From: Gammaproteobacteria bacterium
GTDB lineage: Bacteria; Pseudomonadota; Gammaproteobacteria; DASZBR01
Direction of reading: 5' to 3'
Length of the DNA: 64,000 bases
Assembly: GCA_033763845.1 (NCBI GenBank)
Contig: JANRJR010000076.1
Span: forward strand, 4,022 to 68,021
Positions within the stretch are counted from its first letter, which is position 1, and each line of letters begins with the position of its first letter. The notes beneath the pieces are model-generated. The model saw only the letters and a program-made list of their open reading frames with translations, did no database searches and was not told where the DNA came from. This document shows positions 19,133 through 29,710 of the stretch, in pieces. Both the position numbers and the translations under genes were made by a program.

Positions 19133-19753
19133 CTATAGCATAAACCCTTTTGCGACCAGATAGGTTTCACGCGAACGAGAGCGTGAAGCGTCTGGTTTTC
19201 TCACAAAAACCTGTTTAAACGCACTTTTTAGAGCTTTAATGAAAGCGTCGCTTCCTTCGCCCTGAAAAATCTTTACCACTAAACTGCCCTGTTTTTTTAA
19301 CACTTTTTTGGCCAGCTCTAAACTCAATTCTGCCAAATACATTGCACGTGGTTGATCCACACTTGTCTGCCCACTGGTATTGGGTGCCATATCAGATAAC
19401 ACGACATCAACTTTATCTTTTTCTACTAATAAAAGAATTTTTTCAAAAATTTCCGCTTCACGAAAATCGCCTTGAATAAAATCCACACCAGATAACTCAT
19501 CGATAGGCAAAATATCCAAGGCAATAATTTTGCCATTTTTGCCAATCCATTCTCGTGCAATTTGCGACCAACCACCGGGTGCTGCACCTAAATCCACCAC
19601 CGTCATCCCCGGTTGAATAATTTTATCCTTCTCTTGAATTTCAATGAGTTTAAATACGGCACGCGAACGATAACCTTTTTGCTGCGCGGATTTGACATAC
19701 GGATCAGAAAAATGTTCTTTTAACCATCGTTGACTGCTTTTTGAACGTGCCAT
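19133..19753 (-). CDS. rlmE: 23S rRNA (uridine2552-2'-O)-methyltransferase RlmE/FtsJ
   Basis: [10 protein letters not shown]...[14 protein letters not shown]-binding motif. Classic rlmE-ftsH pairing. Confidence 0.9.
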   Translation of the reverse strand: MARSKSSQRWLKEHFSDPYVKSAQQKGYRSRAVFKLIEIQEKDKIIQPGMTVVDLGAAPGGWSQIAREWIGKNGKIIALDILPIDELSGVDFIQGDFREAEIFEKILLLVEKDKVDVVLSDMAPNTSGQTSVDQPRAMYLAELSLELAKKVLKKQGSLVVKIFQGEGSDAFIKALKSAFKQVFVRKPDASRSRSRETYLVAKGFML

Positions 19754-19769
19754 GCTACGCTTCTTTTAA

Positions 19770-22700
19770 TTAGTCCTTGTTGGGCAAAAATTTAACGTTA
19801 GGATCTTCTCGGTACGCCGCTAAAATTTGCTCGGCTAATTCATCCACCACACCCAAATTCGCCGTCTCTGCAATCAACCCTTGCTGATGCTCACGCATAT
19901 TATTCAAACGTGACTCTACCAACTTTGCAACACTGCCTGATGGGAAAAGTGTAGCCAATACACGTCGTGCTTCTTTGGGTCCAATACGTTTATATAATTG
20001 ATTACGCAATAATGCATCTTCAACCGTTGTGCTGAATGACCATAATTCAATCGGACCCAGAGTATTCGTAACCAATTGCAAATTAATTCCGCTCTTCGTT
20101 GCATATTGCACTAAGAAAGTACCACCACCTTCTCGAGGGCCATGTACGCGAGTACGCAATGCAACTTGCGCTGTTTCAGATAAACCAAATATTTTCGCAG
20201 ATTTTTCGATGGACTGTTGAGGGCCCGCATCCATAATATAAATACCCGTTGCGAATTCCACCATCGTTTCATCGAAGTCATCTAACGATTGTGAAATTAA
20301 TGCAATGTGCACCTTCCATTTACGGCCTTCACGCATATCAATAATAACTTGATCACGCACGGCTCGCGCTTTCGACGTACGATGGAATTCGTCCATCACT
20401 AAACGTTTGGGATCTTCACGAATTTCGCCAATACGTTTACGATGATATTCGCGATATTGTTCTGGCATATCCGTAACATTATCTTCAGTTAAATAATAAT
20501 TTTTTCCTAGAATATAACGCGACAACATATACATGACTGCTGTTTGTCTATCTGCTGCATCACCACCACCTTTAGCAACTTCATCTAAATCCAACGAAAC
20601 AACTTTGGCATCGCCTAAATCAAATGTCGTCACACGAGATAACACAGGATATTCACGCACAGCACTGGAAATCATACGTGCAAATGCATTAATTAATGTT
20701 TCGCCAGTAGGCGCAATAATTTTTCCGTATAAATCTTCTACGTTTTGTGAACGACAAATCGATGCCGCGTCAGCCACCAATGGCATTGCATAACGTTGCG
20801 CTAACGTTGCTTCATGTGAAAATCCTGCAATAAATAATGCATCAACCACTTCCCACCATGTGGTTTTTTGATCTTGCACAAATCCAATTTCTTCTAAAAT
20901 TCCATCGACCAGCGGTTCGATGCCGGGCGTGTATTGATACGGATTTCCGCTATCCGCTAAATTTTTATATAACTCATCGACTACCATACCCGCCATATCG
21001 GAAATACCGTCATATGGAAGTGATGCACCAACTGGTGTCGTCAAAAGTGTAATAAAATTCACTAAAAACCCACGTTCTTGCGGTGTTGGGAAACGACATC
21101 CCAACTGCGTATCAAACGGATTAATGGAATAATCCGGCGTCATGCGCAATCGATGGTACGCCACATAATGTCGTTGATTTTGCGGTAATGCTTCTTTCAA
21201 TAATGAAATTAATCCACTACTGGAAGGACCAATATCAATAACAGAAATACGTGGCAATCGTTGCAATCCCGCAGATAAACATAACGCTAAATTAATTGCA
21301 TTGGATAAAACAGATTTACCCGAACCCGGACGTGCAAAAATTAAATCGATCCACGTTGTCTGCTCACTTGAACCCGGTTGGAAGGGCCACGGTTTTCCAT
21401 CCGGCGTACGGAATAATAACGCGCCTTGTTTCCACGGAGATGCGGGTCGTGTAATCGGCAACATATAAACGACCTCAGATAACGGCGCGACAGATGCATT
21501 CGCAACACTATTTAATGTCACACCCAACATGCTAGAGACAGCGCCCGCAAACGGATCGCCACTCATTTCAGACACTTCGCACGTTCCCCAGCCTTCAATG
21601 GCTTTCGCCAATTCAGACATACGCGTACGCAACAACGGAACATTTCCTTCCGGTGCCCACGTAGATGCAGCAACACGTAGTCTAACCACGGCATTATCTG
21701 TATTAATTTCAATGCTTTCTAATGCTTTTTTCGAATCTGCTAATAAGCGATTTTGAGCTGACGAGAAACTTAATATCGCAGCAATTAGTGATTTTAACTT
21801 AATCGTCGATAATCCATCACTTTCCGTTAAAAATGAAATTCGCCACGGAATACCAGCAGCCAGTGTTCGACGTAATAAAAACGTAAAGTTTTTAATGTCT
21901 TTAGGAAATAAATCAATAAAAACGGACGCGTAAATCTTATCGCCAATTCTCACAGTGCGCATGTCCAAATTTTCTGCATCACGGGGTAAAATTTGTTTGC
22001 TAATCGATGGCCATAAGAAATCCGTTATTTCTCCTGTAAAGCGCTCATAATGTTTACGAGGAATTTTGTCTCCAGGCAATACAGGTTTCCAACTTTTATC
22101 CGTAAAATCAGGATCGACTGTCATGCGCATCTCATGAATAGCTTCATGTACTTCTAATAAATTCGCGCGCACACTTAAATTTTGGAAATCATTGATCATA
22201 GATCGCACAAATGAATCATGCGTATCCCGCAAATCAGGAATCGGCGCTAAAATATTTTGCGCACGTTTAGGATTTGGTAATTTAGCTTCGCGAATCACTT
22301 TTAATTTTTCTTTATTCGCGCGATCCAATTGCTCGCCACTTAATAACGTGGGGCGTGTCCACAACACAAAGAACACACTTTCTTTTCCGCAATAACGAGA
22401 AATATAACGAATACGTTCTTCGAGTAAGTCATCCAAATCCAATCCTAGACGTTTAGACGTTTCACGCGCAGGTCCAAAAATTTCAGCAACTTCCGCCTGA
22501 ACCACCTCTGCTTCACGGTTATAATTAAACAACACTTGAAAAGCATGGCCTTTTCGTGTCATTGCAGACTGCAATGCCAACGATAACCCTTCCCATAAAC
22601 GATTAAATTCAGGAGTACCTAATAAAGTAGTGACGCCATCAATTTTAATTACACTGAGCAATGACCCATCATGCGCAACTAACACTGTCGGACTATCAGC

Positions 22701-22805
22701 GGTTTCAATATCACAATACGACTCTGTCGTTTGACGAAGCGAGGCTCCTAACCAGGCAAGAAAAGAATCAACGGTATCTAAAACGCTTTCGACTATTTGA
22801 GTCAT
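19770..22805 (-). CDS. icmB: Dot/Icm type IVB secretion ATPase IcmB/DotO (VirB4-like)
   Basis: 1011 aa with a Walker A GSGKSVL. It is the last gene of the icmN...icmB string, as in Legionella region II. Size matches DotO (~1009 aa). Confidence 0.8.
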   Translation of the reverse strand: MTQIVESVLDTVDSFLAWLGASLRQTTESYCDIETADSPTVLVAHDGSLLSVIKIDGVTTLLGTPEFNRLWEGLSLALQSAMTRKGHAFQVLFNYNREAEVVQAEVAEIFGPARETSKRLGLDLDDLLEERIRYISRYCGKESVFFVLWTRPTLLSGEQLDRANKEKLKVIREAKLPNPKRAQNILAPIPDLRDTHDSFVRSMINDFQNLSVRANLLEVHEAIHEMRMTVDPDFTDKSWKPVLPGDKIPRKHYERFTGEITDFLWPSISKQILPRDAENLDMRTVRIGDKIYASVFIDLFPKDIKNFTFLLRRTLAAGIPWRISFLTESDGLSTIKLKSLIAAILSFSSAQNRLLADSKKALESIEINTDNAVVRLRVAASTWAPEGNVPLLRTRMSELAKAIEGWGTCEVSEMSGDPFAGAVSSMLGVTLNSVANASVAPLSEVVYMLPITRPASPWKQGALLFRTPDGKPWPFQPGSSEQTTWIDLIFARPGSGKSVLSNAINLALCLSAGLQRLPRISVIDIGPSSSGLISLLKEALPQNQRHYVAYHRLRMTPDYSINPFDTQLGCRFPTPQERGFLVNFITLLTTPVGASLPYDGISDMAGMVVDELYKNLADSGNPYQYTPGIEPLVDGILEEIGFVQDQKTTWWEVVDALFIAGFSHEATLAQRYAMPLVADAASICRSQNVEDLYGKIIAPTGETLINAFARMISSAVREYPVLSRVTTFDLGDAKVVSLDLDEVAKGGGDAADRQTAVMYMLSRYILGKNYYLTEDNVTDMPEQYREYHRKRIGEIREDPKRLVMDEFHRTSKARAVRDQVIIDMREGRKWKVHIALISQSLDDFDETMVEFATGIYIMDAGPQQSIEKSAKIFGLSETAQVALRTRVHGPREGGGTFLVQYATKSGINLQLVTNTLGPIELWSFSTTVEDALLRNQLYKRIGPKEARRVLATLFPSGSVAKLVESRLNNMREHQQGLIAETANLGVVDELAEQILAAYREDPNVKFLPNKD

Positions 22806-22823
22806 AATTCTCCAACAACCCTG

Positions 22824-23438
22824 TCAAAGTTCAGAAGCCAGTTCTTTGAGCGCAGTTGCAGCCCAATGATCCACTTGTGTTTTAAACCCACCGCGAGACG
22901 GTAATAATCGAACATTTTTCAACATGCGTTCCAGTTGCGCAGGATTATTACCCACAACATCTAAATATAATTCGCCCAAGACAGCAGGATTACTGCACCC
23001 TTCACCTAATTCATCTTCCACCGCTTGTGCTCTTAACTTTAAACTACGATAAATTGACTGAGCACTGCTCTTGTAACCCGTGTCATTTGCCACAGCACAA
23101 AACAACACATGACAAAAACTATTCACACTCGCCTGATCGATTTCGGGGAGGTACACCAAGGTTCCTCCGCCGTATCGACCAACACTAACACTTTCCAGAA
23201 AAAAACATTGCGCACAAAAACAACAAGACGTCACAAGATTGGATTGTTTATTATTAGCGTAATTCCCATCCAGGTTAACAACTTCCTGAAAATCTTGCGC
23301 CTGAAATCCACAAAATTGACACGAATAATTATCTCGCTTCCATATTTTTTCTGCGAATTTATTAAACGCAGGATCGCTTTTACGTCGAATAAACAAACGC
23401 CACGCGCCCGGAATAATTGCCAATTTCAACGGATACAT
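22824..23438 (-). CDS. icmJ: Dot/Icm protein IcmJ/DotN (Cys-rich zinc-binding)
   Basis: 204 aa with CxxC...CCFCAQC cysteine clusters. Position is immediately upstream of icmB. Confidence 0.7.
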   Translation of the reverse strand: MYPLKLAIIPGAWRLFIRRKSDPAFNKFAEKIWKRDNYSCQFCGFQAQDFQEVVNLDGNYANNKQSNLVTSCCFCAQCFFLESVSVGRYGGGTLVYLPEIDQASVNSFCHVLFCAVANDTGYKSSAQSIYRSLKLRAQAVEDELGEGCSNPAVLGELYLDVVGNNPAQLERMLKNVRLLPSRGGFKTQVDHWAATALKELASEL

Positions 23439-23447
23439 TTTATTTTT

Positions 23448-23822
23448 TTAGAACGACGACACGCCGGATACACTACCCGCTGTTTTGCTTGCGCCGAAAA
23501 TCGTTTGACCTGCAACACCGAATAATGTCGGCAAGAATAACAATGCAGCGGCAACAAACAACAACGCAATTGGCGTACCAATCGGAATTTGGGTTGGGTT
23601 ATCTTTGTGCGCTTTGAATTTCAAAATCGCCGCCATACCAAATCCCATTCCTGCAACATACGCAATCGCCGTGACTAATTGGGCAAGACTTCCGAATGTT
23701 TTTGTAATATTTTGTGCAATTTGACCCACATCTTGCTGTTGAGCAAACGCATTAGCACCATAGAAAAACAATCCATATGCACCCAACATCAAAACACATT
23801 TAACCACACGACTTAACTTCAT
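23448..23822 (-). CDS. icmD: Dot/Icm inner-membrane protein IcmD/DotP
   Basis: 124 aa with two hydrophobic helices. Synteny is icmC-icmD-icmJ. Confidence 0.6.
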   Translation of the reverse strand: MKLSRVVKCVLMLGAYGLFFYGANAFAQQQDVGQIAQNITKTFGSLAQLVTAIAYVAGMGFGMAAILKFKAHKDNPTQIPIGTPIALLFVAAALLFLPTLFGVAGQTIFGASKTAGSVSGVSSF

Positions 23823-23853
23823 AACGTACTCTCCTTTGCATTTAAAATCAGAC

Positions 23854-24474
23854 TTAAAATGATAACCCGAAGGTATTCCACACTACAGATGCTACACCAT
23901 AAATATTAACGAGCAATAGCCCACCAAGAATATGTGTTAATCCTTTCCCAAACGATGCGCCACCTCCACCCGGTGATTGCGCATTGGAGACTAGTATCAT
24001 CCAGCCTCGAATAAAGGACACCAACCCCAGTAATTGAACAAACCCACCCACCGCTTTCAACACAATAGGATTAATAGACGAATCGAAATTATCATAGCCT
24101 AGCGCAGACGATGTACCGAATATGGTCATCGTCATTGTTTGAAATGCGGTAGGAATAAATAAAAACACAGCCCCTGAAACTATATAAGTCATCGGAATTT
24201 TAAGACTGGATTGCGTACTCATCATTGTTCGTAATTCACCGTACACTTTTAAATAATAAACTGCACGAATCATAAGCGCCATGCCAATGACATAACACAA
24301 ACCCGTTACCATGAATGTTAATGCAGGATAGCTCTTCGATAAATTCGCCAACATACTTAGCGCATCCATCGTTGTTGCCGCATTTCCGCCTGTCGAAGAA
24401 GGCGGCGCGGACTGAGCTAACAACAACGCAGGAAAAAATTGTAATCCAATTAAAAAACTTAATTTACGTTTCAT
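23854..24474 (-). CDS. icmC: Dot/Icm inner-membrane protein IcmC/DotE
   Basis: 206 aa, multi-TM, signal-like N-terminus. Synteny. Confidence 0.6.
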   Translation of the reverse strand: MKRKLSFLIGLQFFPALLLAQSAPPSSTGGNAATTMDALSMLANLSKSYPALTFMVTGLCYVIGMALMIRAVYYLKVYGELRTMMSTQSSLKIPMTYIVSGAVFLFIPTAFQTMTMTIFGTSSALGYDNFDSSINPIVLKAVGGFVQLLGLVSFIRGWMILVSNAQSPGGGGASFGKGLTHILGGLLLVNIYGVASVVWNTFGLSF

Positions 24475-25316
24475 CGGTCATCCGAGTTATGTTTAATTAC
24501 CGTTCCAGAACTTGTAAATACCTCACTATTGTTAACATCAATACTACTGACGACACCGTAACCAGGCAAATTATCTCCGACAGCTACCGTTTTACTCGCA
24601 CCATCTGAAGTCATCAACCATGCGCGACCTTGTATCATTGCTTTAACATAATAGCTGGCTTTATTTGATTCTACGACTTTTACTTTTTTGCTTACCGCTC
24701 CAATCGTTGTTGATTTTGTTTTAGTTTTTGATTTTTTCGCCGCTGGAGCTGTTTTTTTCTTTTCTATCTTGACTGGCTCTGCTGGTTTTTCTTTTGCTTT
24801 TGACAAATCAGAAATTTGTTGTGACAAATTTGATAAATTATTTTGAATATCTGCAATAGACATCGCTACACCTGCCATTTGATATTGCAAGTTTGCGTTT
24901 GATTCACTGACCTTTGAAACTACCCGCTCTAATGTTCCTACTTTATCTTGCAACGAATTTGCAGATGCTGACGCAACAGCAGGTTCGGAGCTAGCAACCG
25001 GCTCAGTAGTAGCAACAGATTTAGGTTCTGCAACAGCAGCCTGTGCTTGTGCAGGCTTTTCAGCTACAACAGGCATTACAGTTTTCGGTTTTGCAGGAGA
25101 TGCGCTAAATACATCGACTAATTTATACAAACAAAATATCGCAACTACTGCACCAATGGCTAAAAAGATCTTTTTCTTCCCCTCGCTAGGCGCTTGGTTG
25201 ACAGAAGCAGGTGAACTTTTTTGAGTCATTGACTCAAAATTACTCGAATGTTCACTCTCGCTGTCGATGAATTGATATTCTTCTTCGTTCGATTTATTAA
25301 CCGGATCATTACCCAT
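24471..25316 (-). CDS. icmG: Dot/Icm protein IcmG/DotF
   Basis: 281 aa with a single TM (IFLAIGAVVAIFCLY), a low-complexity linker and a coiled-coil region. Overlaps icmC by 4 nt. Confidence 0.6.
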   Translation of the reverse strand: MGNDPVNKSNEEEYQFIDSESEHSSNFESMTQKSSPASVNQAPSEGKKKIFLAIGAVVAIFCLYKLVDVFSASPAKPKTVMPVVAEKPAQAQAAVAEPKSVATTEPVASSEPAVASASANSLQDKVGTLERVVSKVSESNANLQYQMAGVAMSIADIQNNLSNLSQQISDLSKAKEKPAEPVKIEKKKTAPAAKKSKTKTKSTTIGAVSKKVKVVESNKASYYVKAMIQGRAWLMTSDGASKTVAVGDNLPGYGVVSSIDVNNSEVFTSSGTVIKHNSDDR

Positions 25317-25352
25317 TGTCCGATTCCTCCTTCAAAAATGTCTATAAATAAG

Positions 25353-27566
25353 TTAATTCGGTAATTGCGCATCCGCCAAAAATAACAACCCAACTGCAGT
25401 TCCTGATGCAACATAAACTGTTGGCGGCGTATTAAACGCGGTTTGAGCCGACGTACTGAATTGTTGCCCCACGTTACCCAATGCAATAAAAAATTTATCC
25501 GTCGGATTTAATTGTGGCGTTGACGTCTGCGTTGATAAACCATTCGAGCTAATTGTTGAACCCGACGTTTGGAACGCTTGACCATAACCTTGAATAAAGG
25601 CTGAAGCAAACACAGAACCATAGCGATATAAATAATGGTGATCGGTTTCTGTAGACAATCCCGTTCGCGCTGTATTTTGATCAATTGCAACCACATTAAC
25701 CGGAATACTCTTCGGAAAATTTTTCAGTGACAGCGCATTAAAACTCAGCATCACCGCATCTTTCTGATACGTTAAGGATCCCAGTAATCGCCCACCTTTA
25801 TAGGGCCCACTGATAATAGTAGCCATCACAGGCCCGGGCTCATCACTGTTCACCGCTGTTTCAATCACACCATAAAATACCGTTCCCGCTTTAATGAACG
25901 GAGGGCTTGTATTTGCTGCAGGCCCACTATTACCTCCGGAAGCAGTACTACCATTCGCAGTAGCACCTCCATCGGCATTTTCAACTTGTGGCACTTCACC
26001 TTTCACCATTTGTTGAGACGGTGGAGCCCATGCAGCAAGTAATTGATTTGCTTGAGACGCCATTGATTGCTGCGCTTGTGCAACTTGTTGCGAAACAGGT
26101 TGATCACTGCCTATCGCAATGCGAGATCTCCCTGTCGCATTTCCTGACTGTGGATTTTGCGCCGAACCAATAACATTTCCATTAGCATCACGCACAAGTC
26201 CATCCGGACCGACAGTGCCAATAATATTGCCATTCGCGTCACGCACTTTTCCATCAGGTCCTACGTAACCAATGATCTTTCCATCTGGACCATAAATCGG
26301 GGTACCAGAAGCAATAGACCCGACTCGCCCAATAATATTTCCGGCTGCATCACGCACTTTTCCATCAGCACCAACAGTACCAACAATATTTCCACTCACA
26401 TCACGCACTTTGCCATCAGCACCGACATAACCAATTATTTTTCCATCAGCTCCATACACTGCTTTTTCTAAATCAGGCTTTGCAACACTTCCAAGAATAT
26501 TTCCATTTGCATCACGGACAACACCATCTACACCCATCGCGCCAATAATATTGCCATTTACATCACGCACTTTTCCATCAGGTCCAACAGTACCAATCAC
26601 TTTTCCATCAGGACCATAAATTTCGGTGCCGGGAGAAATAGCACCAACTCGTCCAACAATATTTCCATTTAAATCTCGGACAACTCCATCAGGCCCAACA
26701 CTCCCAATAATATTTCCATTTTCATCGCGCACTTTTCCATCAGTACACGAAAAACCGATCAATCTTCCTTCCGCGGTATACGCAGGATTACCTGCTTGCC
26801 CCAATGTTTTACCATCGGCATCACGTAAAACACCATCCGTACCTAAAATACCCGGCACTTTTCCTGAAGCATCTCTGACTTGCCCATCTTCACCAACACG
26901 GCCAATCATAGAACAATTTTTGGAATCATAAATCGGTGTACCTGCTGCAATACGGCTGGTTTGACCAATCACGTTTCCATTCACATCACGAGCTGTACCA
27001 TCCGGTCCTACACTCCCAATGACTTTTCCATTAATATCTCTGACTTTTCCATCGGCACCAGCATATCCAATTAATCGCCCGTTTTTATCATAAACGGGAG
27101 TTCCTAATGGAGAACTTGATGAAGAAATAGGACAATTTTTAGCACCCGTACCAAATTCTTTTGCGTTAAATGTTCCTGCATCACTTTGTTCACGGCTTAA
27201 TCCCTGAAAACCTAAACCAGTATCGGACACTACGGCAACAGGTTCTTTGTTATCAGTCGCACGCACAATCGTTGGAATTGCACTACCACCTACTTCAGTC
27301 GCTTTTTGCGCAGATTCTTTATTTTGTTTCTCCTGTAATCGGGCATACTCTTCATTAGGGGCGCTAAAGGGAACAGACTGAATACCACCAGGCGCAGAAG
27401 TAACTCCTGCACCAGCTTCAACACCTTTTACTCGACCACGCATTGATAAAACGCCAATCACAACAGCAACTAACAAAATAAAAAGTGTCGTGAGCAGAAT
27501 TGTGCGAGTACGCGTATCTTTAAATAAACCCGCAATATTTTTCATACGTTCGTTGGCCATAAGCAA
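25353..27566 (-). CDS. icmE: Dot/Icm core complex protein IcmE/DotG (VirB10-like C-terminus, repeat-rich centre)
   Basis: 737 aa. N-terminal TM, then ~18 tandem copies of a ~15-aa unit (G-x-DG-K/V-VRD-x-NGN-I-IG), then a C-terminal VirB10-like domain. Sits between icmG and icmK. Confidence 0.75.
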   Translation of the reverse strand: MLMANERMKNIAGLFKDTRTRTILLTTLFILLVAVVIGVLSMRGRVKGVEAGAGVTSAPGGIQSVPFSAPNEEYARLQEKQNKESAQKATEVGGSAIPTIVRATDNKEPVAVVSDTGLGFQGLSREQSDAGTFNAKEFGTGAKNCPISSSSSPLGTPVYDKNGRLIGYAGADGKVRDINGKVIGSVGPDGTARDVNGNVIGQTSRIAAGTPIYDSKNCSMIGRVGEDGQVRDASGKVPGILGTDGVLRDADGKTLGQAGNPAYTAEGRLIGFSCTDGKVRDENGNIIGSVGPDGVVRDLNGNIVGRVGAISPGTEIYGPDGKVIGTVGPDGKVRDVNGNIIGAMGVDGVVRDANGNILGSVAKPDLEKAVYGADGKIIGYVGADGKVRDVSGNIVGTVGADGKVRDAAGNIIGRVGSIASGTPIYGPDGKIIGYVGPDGKVRDANGNIIGTVGPDGLVRDANGNVIGSAQNPQSGNATGRSRIAIGSDQPVSQQVAQAQQSMASQANQLLAAWAPPSQQMVKGEVPQVENADGGATANGSTASGGNSGPAANTSPPFIKAGTVFYGVIETAVNSDEPGPVMATIISGPYKGGRLLGSLTYQKDAVMLSFNALSLKNFPKSIPVNVVAIDQNTARTGLSTETDHHYLYRYGSVFASAFIQGYGQAFQTSGSTISSNGLSTQTSTPQLNPTDKFFIALGNVGQQFSTSAQTAFNTPPTVYVASGTAVGLLFLADAQLPN

Positions 27567-28766
27567 TCAGAATCCTTTTACTTTAAGCTGAGAAACCTGT
27601 CCATTTTGCGACACCAATAACATCGGCGCAGGTTGCATTTCATATGCGTGCATTCCATCTGCACTAGATAACGTCGAAGTCCATCCAGGAGAAAGTACTG
27701 TCAAGCGAGTTCGCACATACATTTTTCCACCTGCCATCCATGCCTGACAGTCACCACCATCAACTGTCAAATTACGGCTATTCGCTGGCGGAACACCGTC
27801 AAGAACATTTAACAGATCAGAGCTCGTGGACTCTGGCAATGTGCTTCCGGTAAATGATTTTGCATTCGGACCAAAACCTTGAACGCGCATATCTACACGA
27901 TAATCAACAGCTTTTTGCCCCGGAATTAATGTAATCATGACTGGCGTATCTAAACCGCGTAATTTCACCGCAAGATTTCCATACGTATATAAAACAGTCG
28001 ACTGAATCATTAGGGTATTGCTTGTTTTATCCCACTGAATATTAAACGCGGAAGGATTTCCAATATCATACGACTCAATTGGCCATGGGGCTCCTGTGGA
28101 ATCTACAAACACTAACGACGTAATAAATCCCTGAGACAAACGAATAACAGGCGGTGTTGCACCTGGAGATAAATCTACAAATGTGGATGTTGCAGTTGGC
28201 CTAGGAGGTGTATTCGGTGTACTAGATGCTGCAAACTGAGACGCCATATACATAGAACGCAATTTTTGAATTTGTTGCGGCGACATTGGTAATGCATTTT
28301 GAACCATTGAATGAAATGCCGCATCATTAATATCATCTTGCGTCACGCCCAACGCAGGTGTTTGCTGTCCAGTTTGCTGCGCTACAACCGCATTCACTTC
28401 TGCCGCAAGTTGAGGTGAAACTTGCGAACCATCTGGCGCTGATGTTGGCGGGACAAAATTTTGCTGATCAAGTGTTTGCAATCCAGCCGGTGGATTAAAT
28501 GGTGTCGGCGGTAATGAATCATTTTTTGGCGCAACTGGGGCTGCAGCAGCGGGTGTTGTGGGAACAGGATTTTGCCCTGTTTGTAATGCTTTAATTTGAT
28601 CTTGAATTTGAGACTGAATTTGATCCTGCGAAGGCATAGCGGAACCCAATGCTGGAGACGAAGAAGGAGCTTCGCCAGGTGCCGCAAAAAGCATTGTTAC
28701 ATCACAACTGAATAAAAGTATTGTACCGATCAATAATACTTTTTTCACATTTGGAGAAAACCCCAT
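27567..28766 (-). CDS. icmK: Dot/Icm outer-membrane core protein IcmK/DotH
   Basis: 399 aa with a signal peptide (LLIGTILLFSCDVTMLFAAPG) and a Pro/Gln-rich N-region. Synteny. Confidence 0.7.
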   Translation of the reverse strand: MGFSPNVKKVLLIGTILLFSCDVTMLFAAPGEAPSSSPALGSAMPSQDQIQSQIQDQIKALQTGQNPVPTTPAAAAPVAPKNDSLPPTPFNPPAGLQTLDQQNFVPPTSAPDGSQVSPQLAAEVNAVVAQQTGQQTPALGVTQDDINDAAFHSMVQNALPMSPQQIQKLRSMYMASQFAASSTPNTPPRPTATSTFVDLSPGATPPVIRLSQGFITSLVFVDSTGAPWPIESYDIGNPSAFNIQWDKTSNTLMIQSTVLYTYGNLAVKLRGLDTPVMITLIPGQKAVDYRVDMRVQGFGPNAKSFTGSTLPESTSSDLLNVLDGVPPANSRNLTVDGGDCQAWMAGGKMYVRTRLTVLSPGWTSTLSSADGMHAYEMQPAPMLLVSQNGQVSQLKVKGF

Positions 28767-28791
28767 CGTCGATCTTTCCTTTCTCTAAATC

Positions 28792-29418
28792 CTATGACGC
28801 CACAAATGAAGAAATACCAATTCCTCGAGCAGAATTCAGCGTCGAAATACGCTGTACCACTATTCTTACAAGAATATTTTGCCGAACAGTTTGGCTGGCA
28901 CTCTGATACGTCACTAACATCGGCATCTGAACTGACCACGTATATGTTCCATTAATAACACCTTGATCTGTGATCACCGGTGCACCTGTAGCAACCGCCG
29001 AAACAACCAATTTTTTATCAATGACTGATTTTAAATTGTTGGATGAATTTAACGCGCCAATAAATTGATTCCACCCATCTGGCGTAAAAAATTCAGACGC
29101 GGATTGTAATTCTTGACGATAATTAACGAAATTATACGTGTAAGCCGCAATCGCCGCGGAATTCGCCCACTGCAGCAGCGTTGAAGGTGGCATATTAGGC
29201 TGATCTAATGGAATAAGGGGTGTTATTCGCCCATTAATTGTGGTCGCGAAATATTGAGGCGCCGGTGGATGCGTCACTAAATAACCAAATGAAATTCCTA
29301 ACATCGCATTTAAAATAATTGACGCAAGTAACGCCAACAGAACGCGACGATGTCCATCGCGCTGGAATTCATGACGGTGTCGAACTATTTCAATTGCATC
29401 TTGTGCATCATGGGCCAT
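28792..29418 (-). CDS. icmL: Dot/Icm protein IcmL/DotI
   Basis: 208 aa, single TM, periplasmic domain. Paralogous to the next small ORF (PQYFATTINGRITPLIPLDQPNMPPSTLLQ vs PYFYASSSDGILTPLKAMPAPNNTSKALLE). Confidence 0.7.
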   Translation of the reverse strand: MAHDAQDAIEIVRHRHEFQRDGHRRVLLALLASIILNAMLGISFGYLVTHPPAPQYFATTINGRITPLIPLDQPNMPPSTLLQWANSAAIAAYTYNFVNYRQELQSASEFFTPDGWNQFIGALNSSNNLKSVIDKKLVVSAVATGAPVITDQGVINGTYTWSVQMPMLVTYQSASQTVRQNILVRIVVQRISTLNSARGIGISSFVAS

Positions 29419-29443
29419 TACACTACTCCGTGATGAGTCACAA

Positions 29444-29692
29444 CTATTCCAACAGTGCTTTAGAGGTATTATTTGGCGCCGGCATTGCTTTCAGTGGCGT
29501 TAATATTCCATCACTGCTCGATGCATAAAAATAAGGCACCGTACGCATATGGTCGATAGCAACTACCATGATTAATCCAGTCCAGATTGCAGCTGTTATT
29601 GTAAGGATAACGAGCAATACTAATTCTTTGCGATACAAATTACGATAAAAAAACTTTCTAGCCTTCACATTATGAATAACCATTCCGACCAT
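29444..29692 (-). CDS. icmM: Dot/Icm protein IcmM/DotJ (short DotI paralog)
   Basis: 82 aa: a TM helix plus a short segment homologous to the IcmL N-region. Position is between icmN and icmL. Confidence 0.55.
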   Translation of the reverse strand: MVGMVIHNVKARKFFYRNLYRKELVLLVILTITAAIWTGLIMVVAIDHMRTVPYFYASSSDGILTPLKAMPAPNNTSKALLE

Positions 29693-29710
29693 ATTAACCT
29701 TAACTCCGAA

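Noticed and set aside
26129-27119. Periodic DNA repeats that could be mistaken for a CRISPR array or minisatellite
   Set aside because: They are in-frame coding repeats of IcmE with no unique spacers. No CRISPR array is present anywhere in the window.
25988-27358. Several plus-strand ORFs (26157-26471, 26626-26931, 26880-27074, etc.) inside icmE
   Set aside because: They are antisense to a well-supported long gene. Their low-complexity S/T/N/I translations are the mirror image of the periodic GDGKVRD repeats. They are artefacts.
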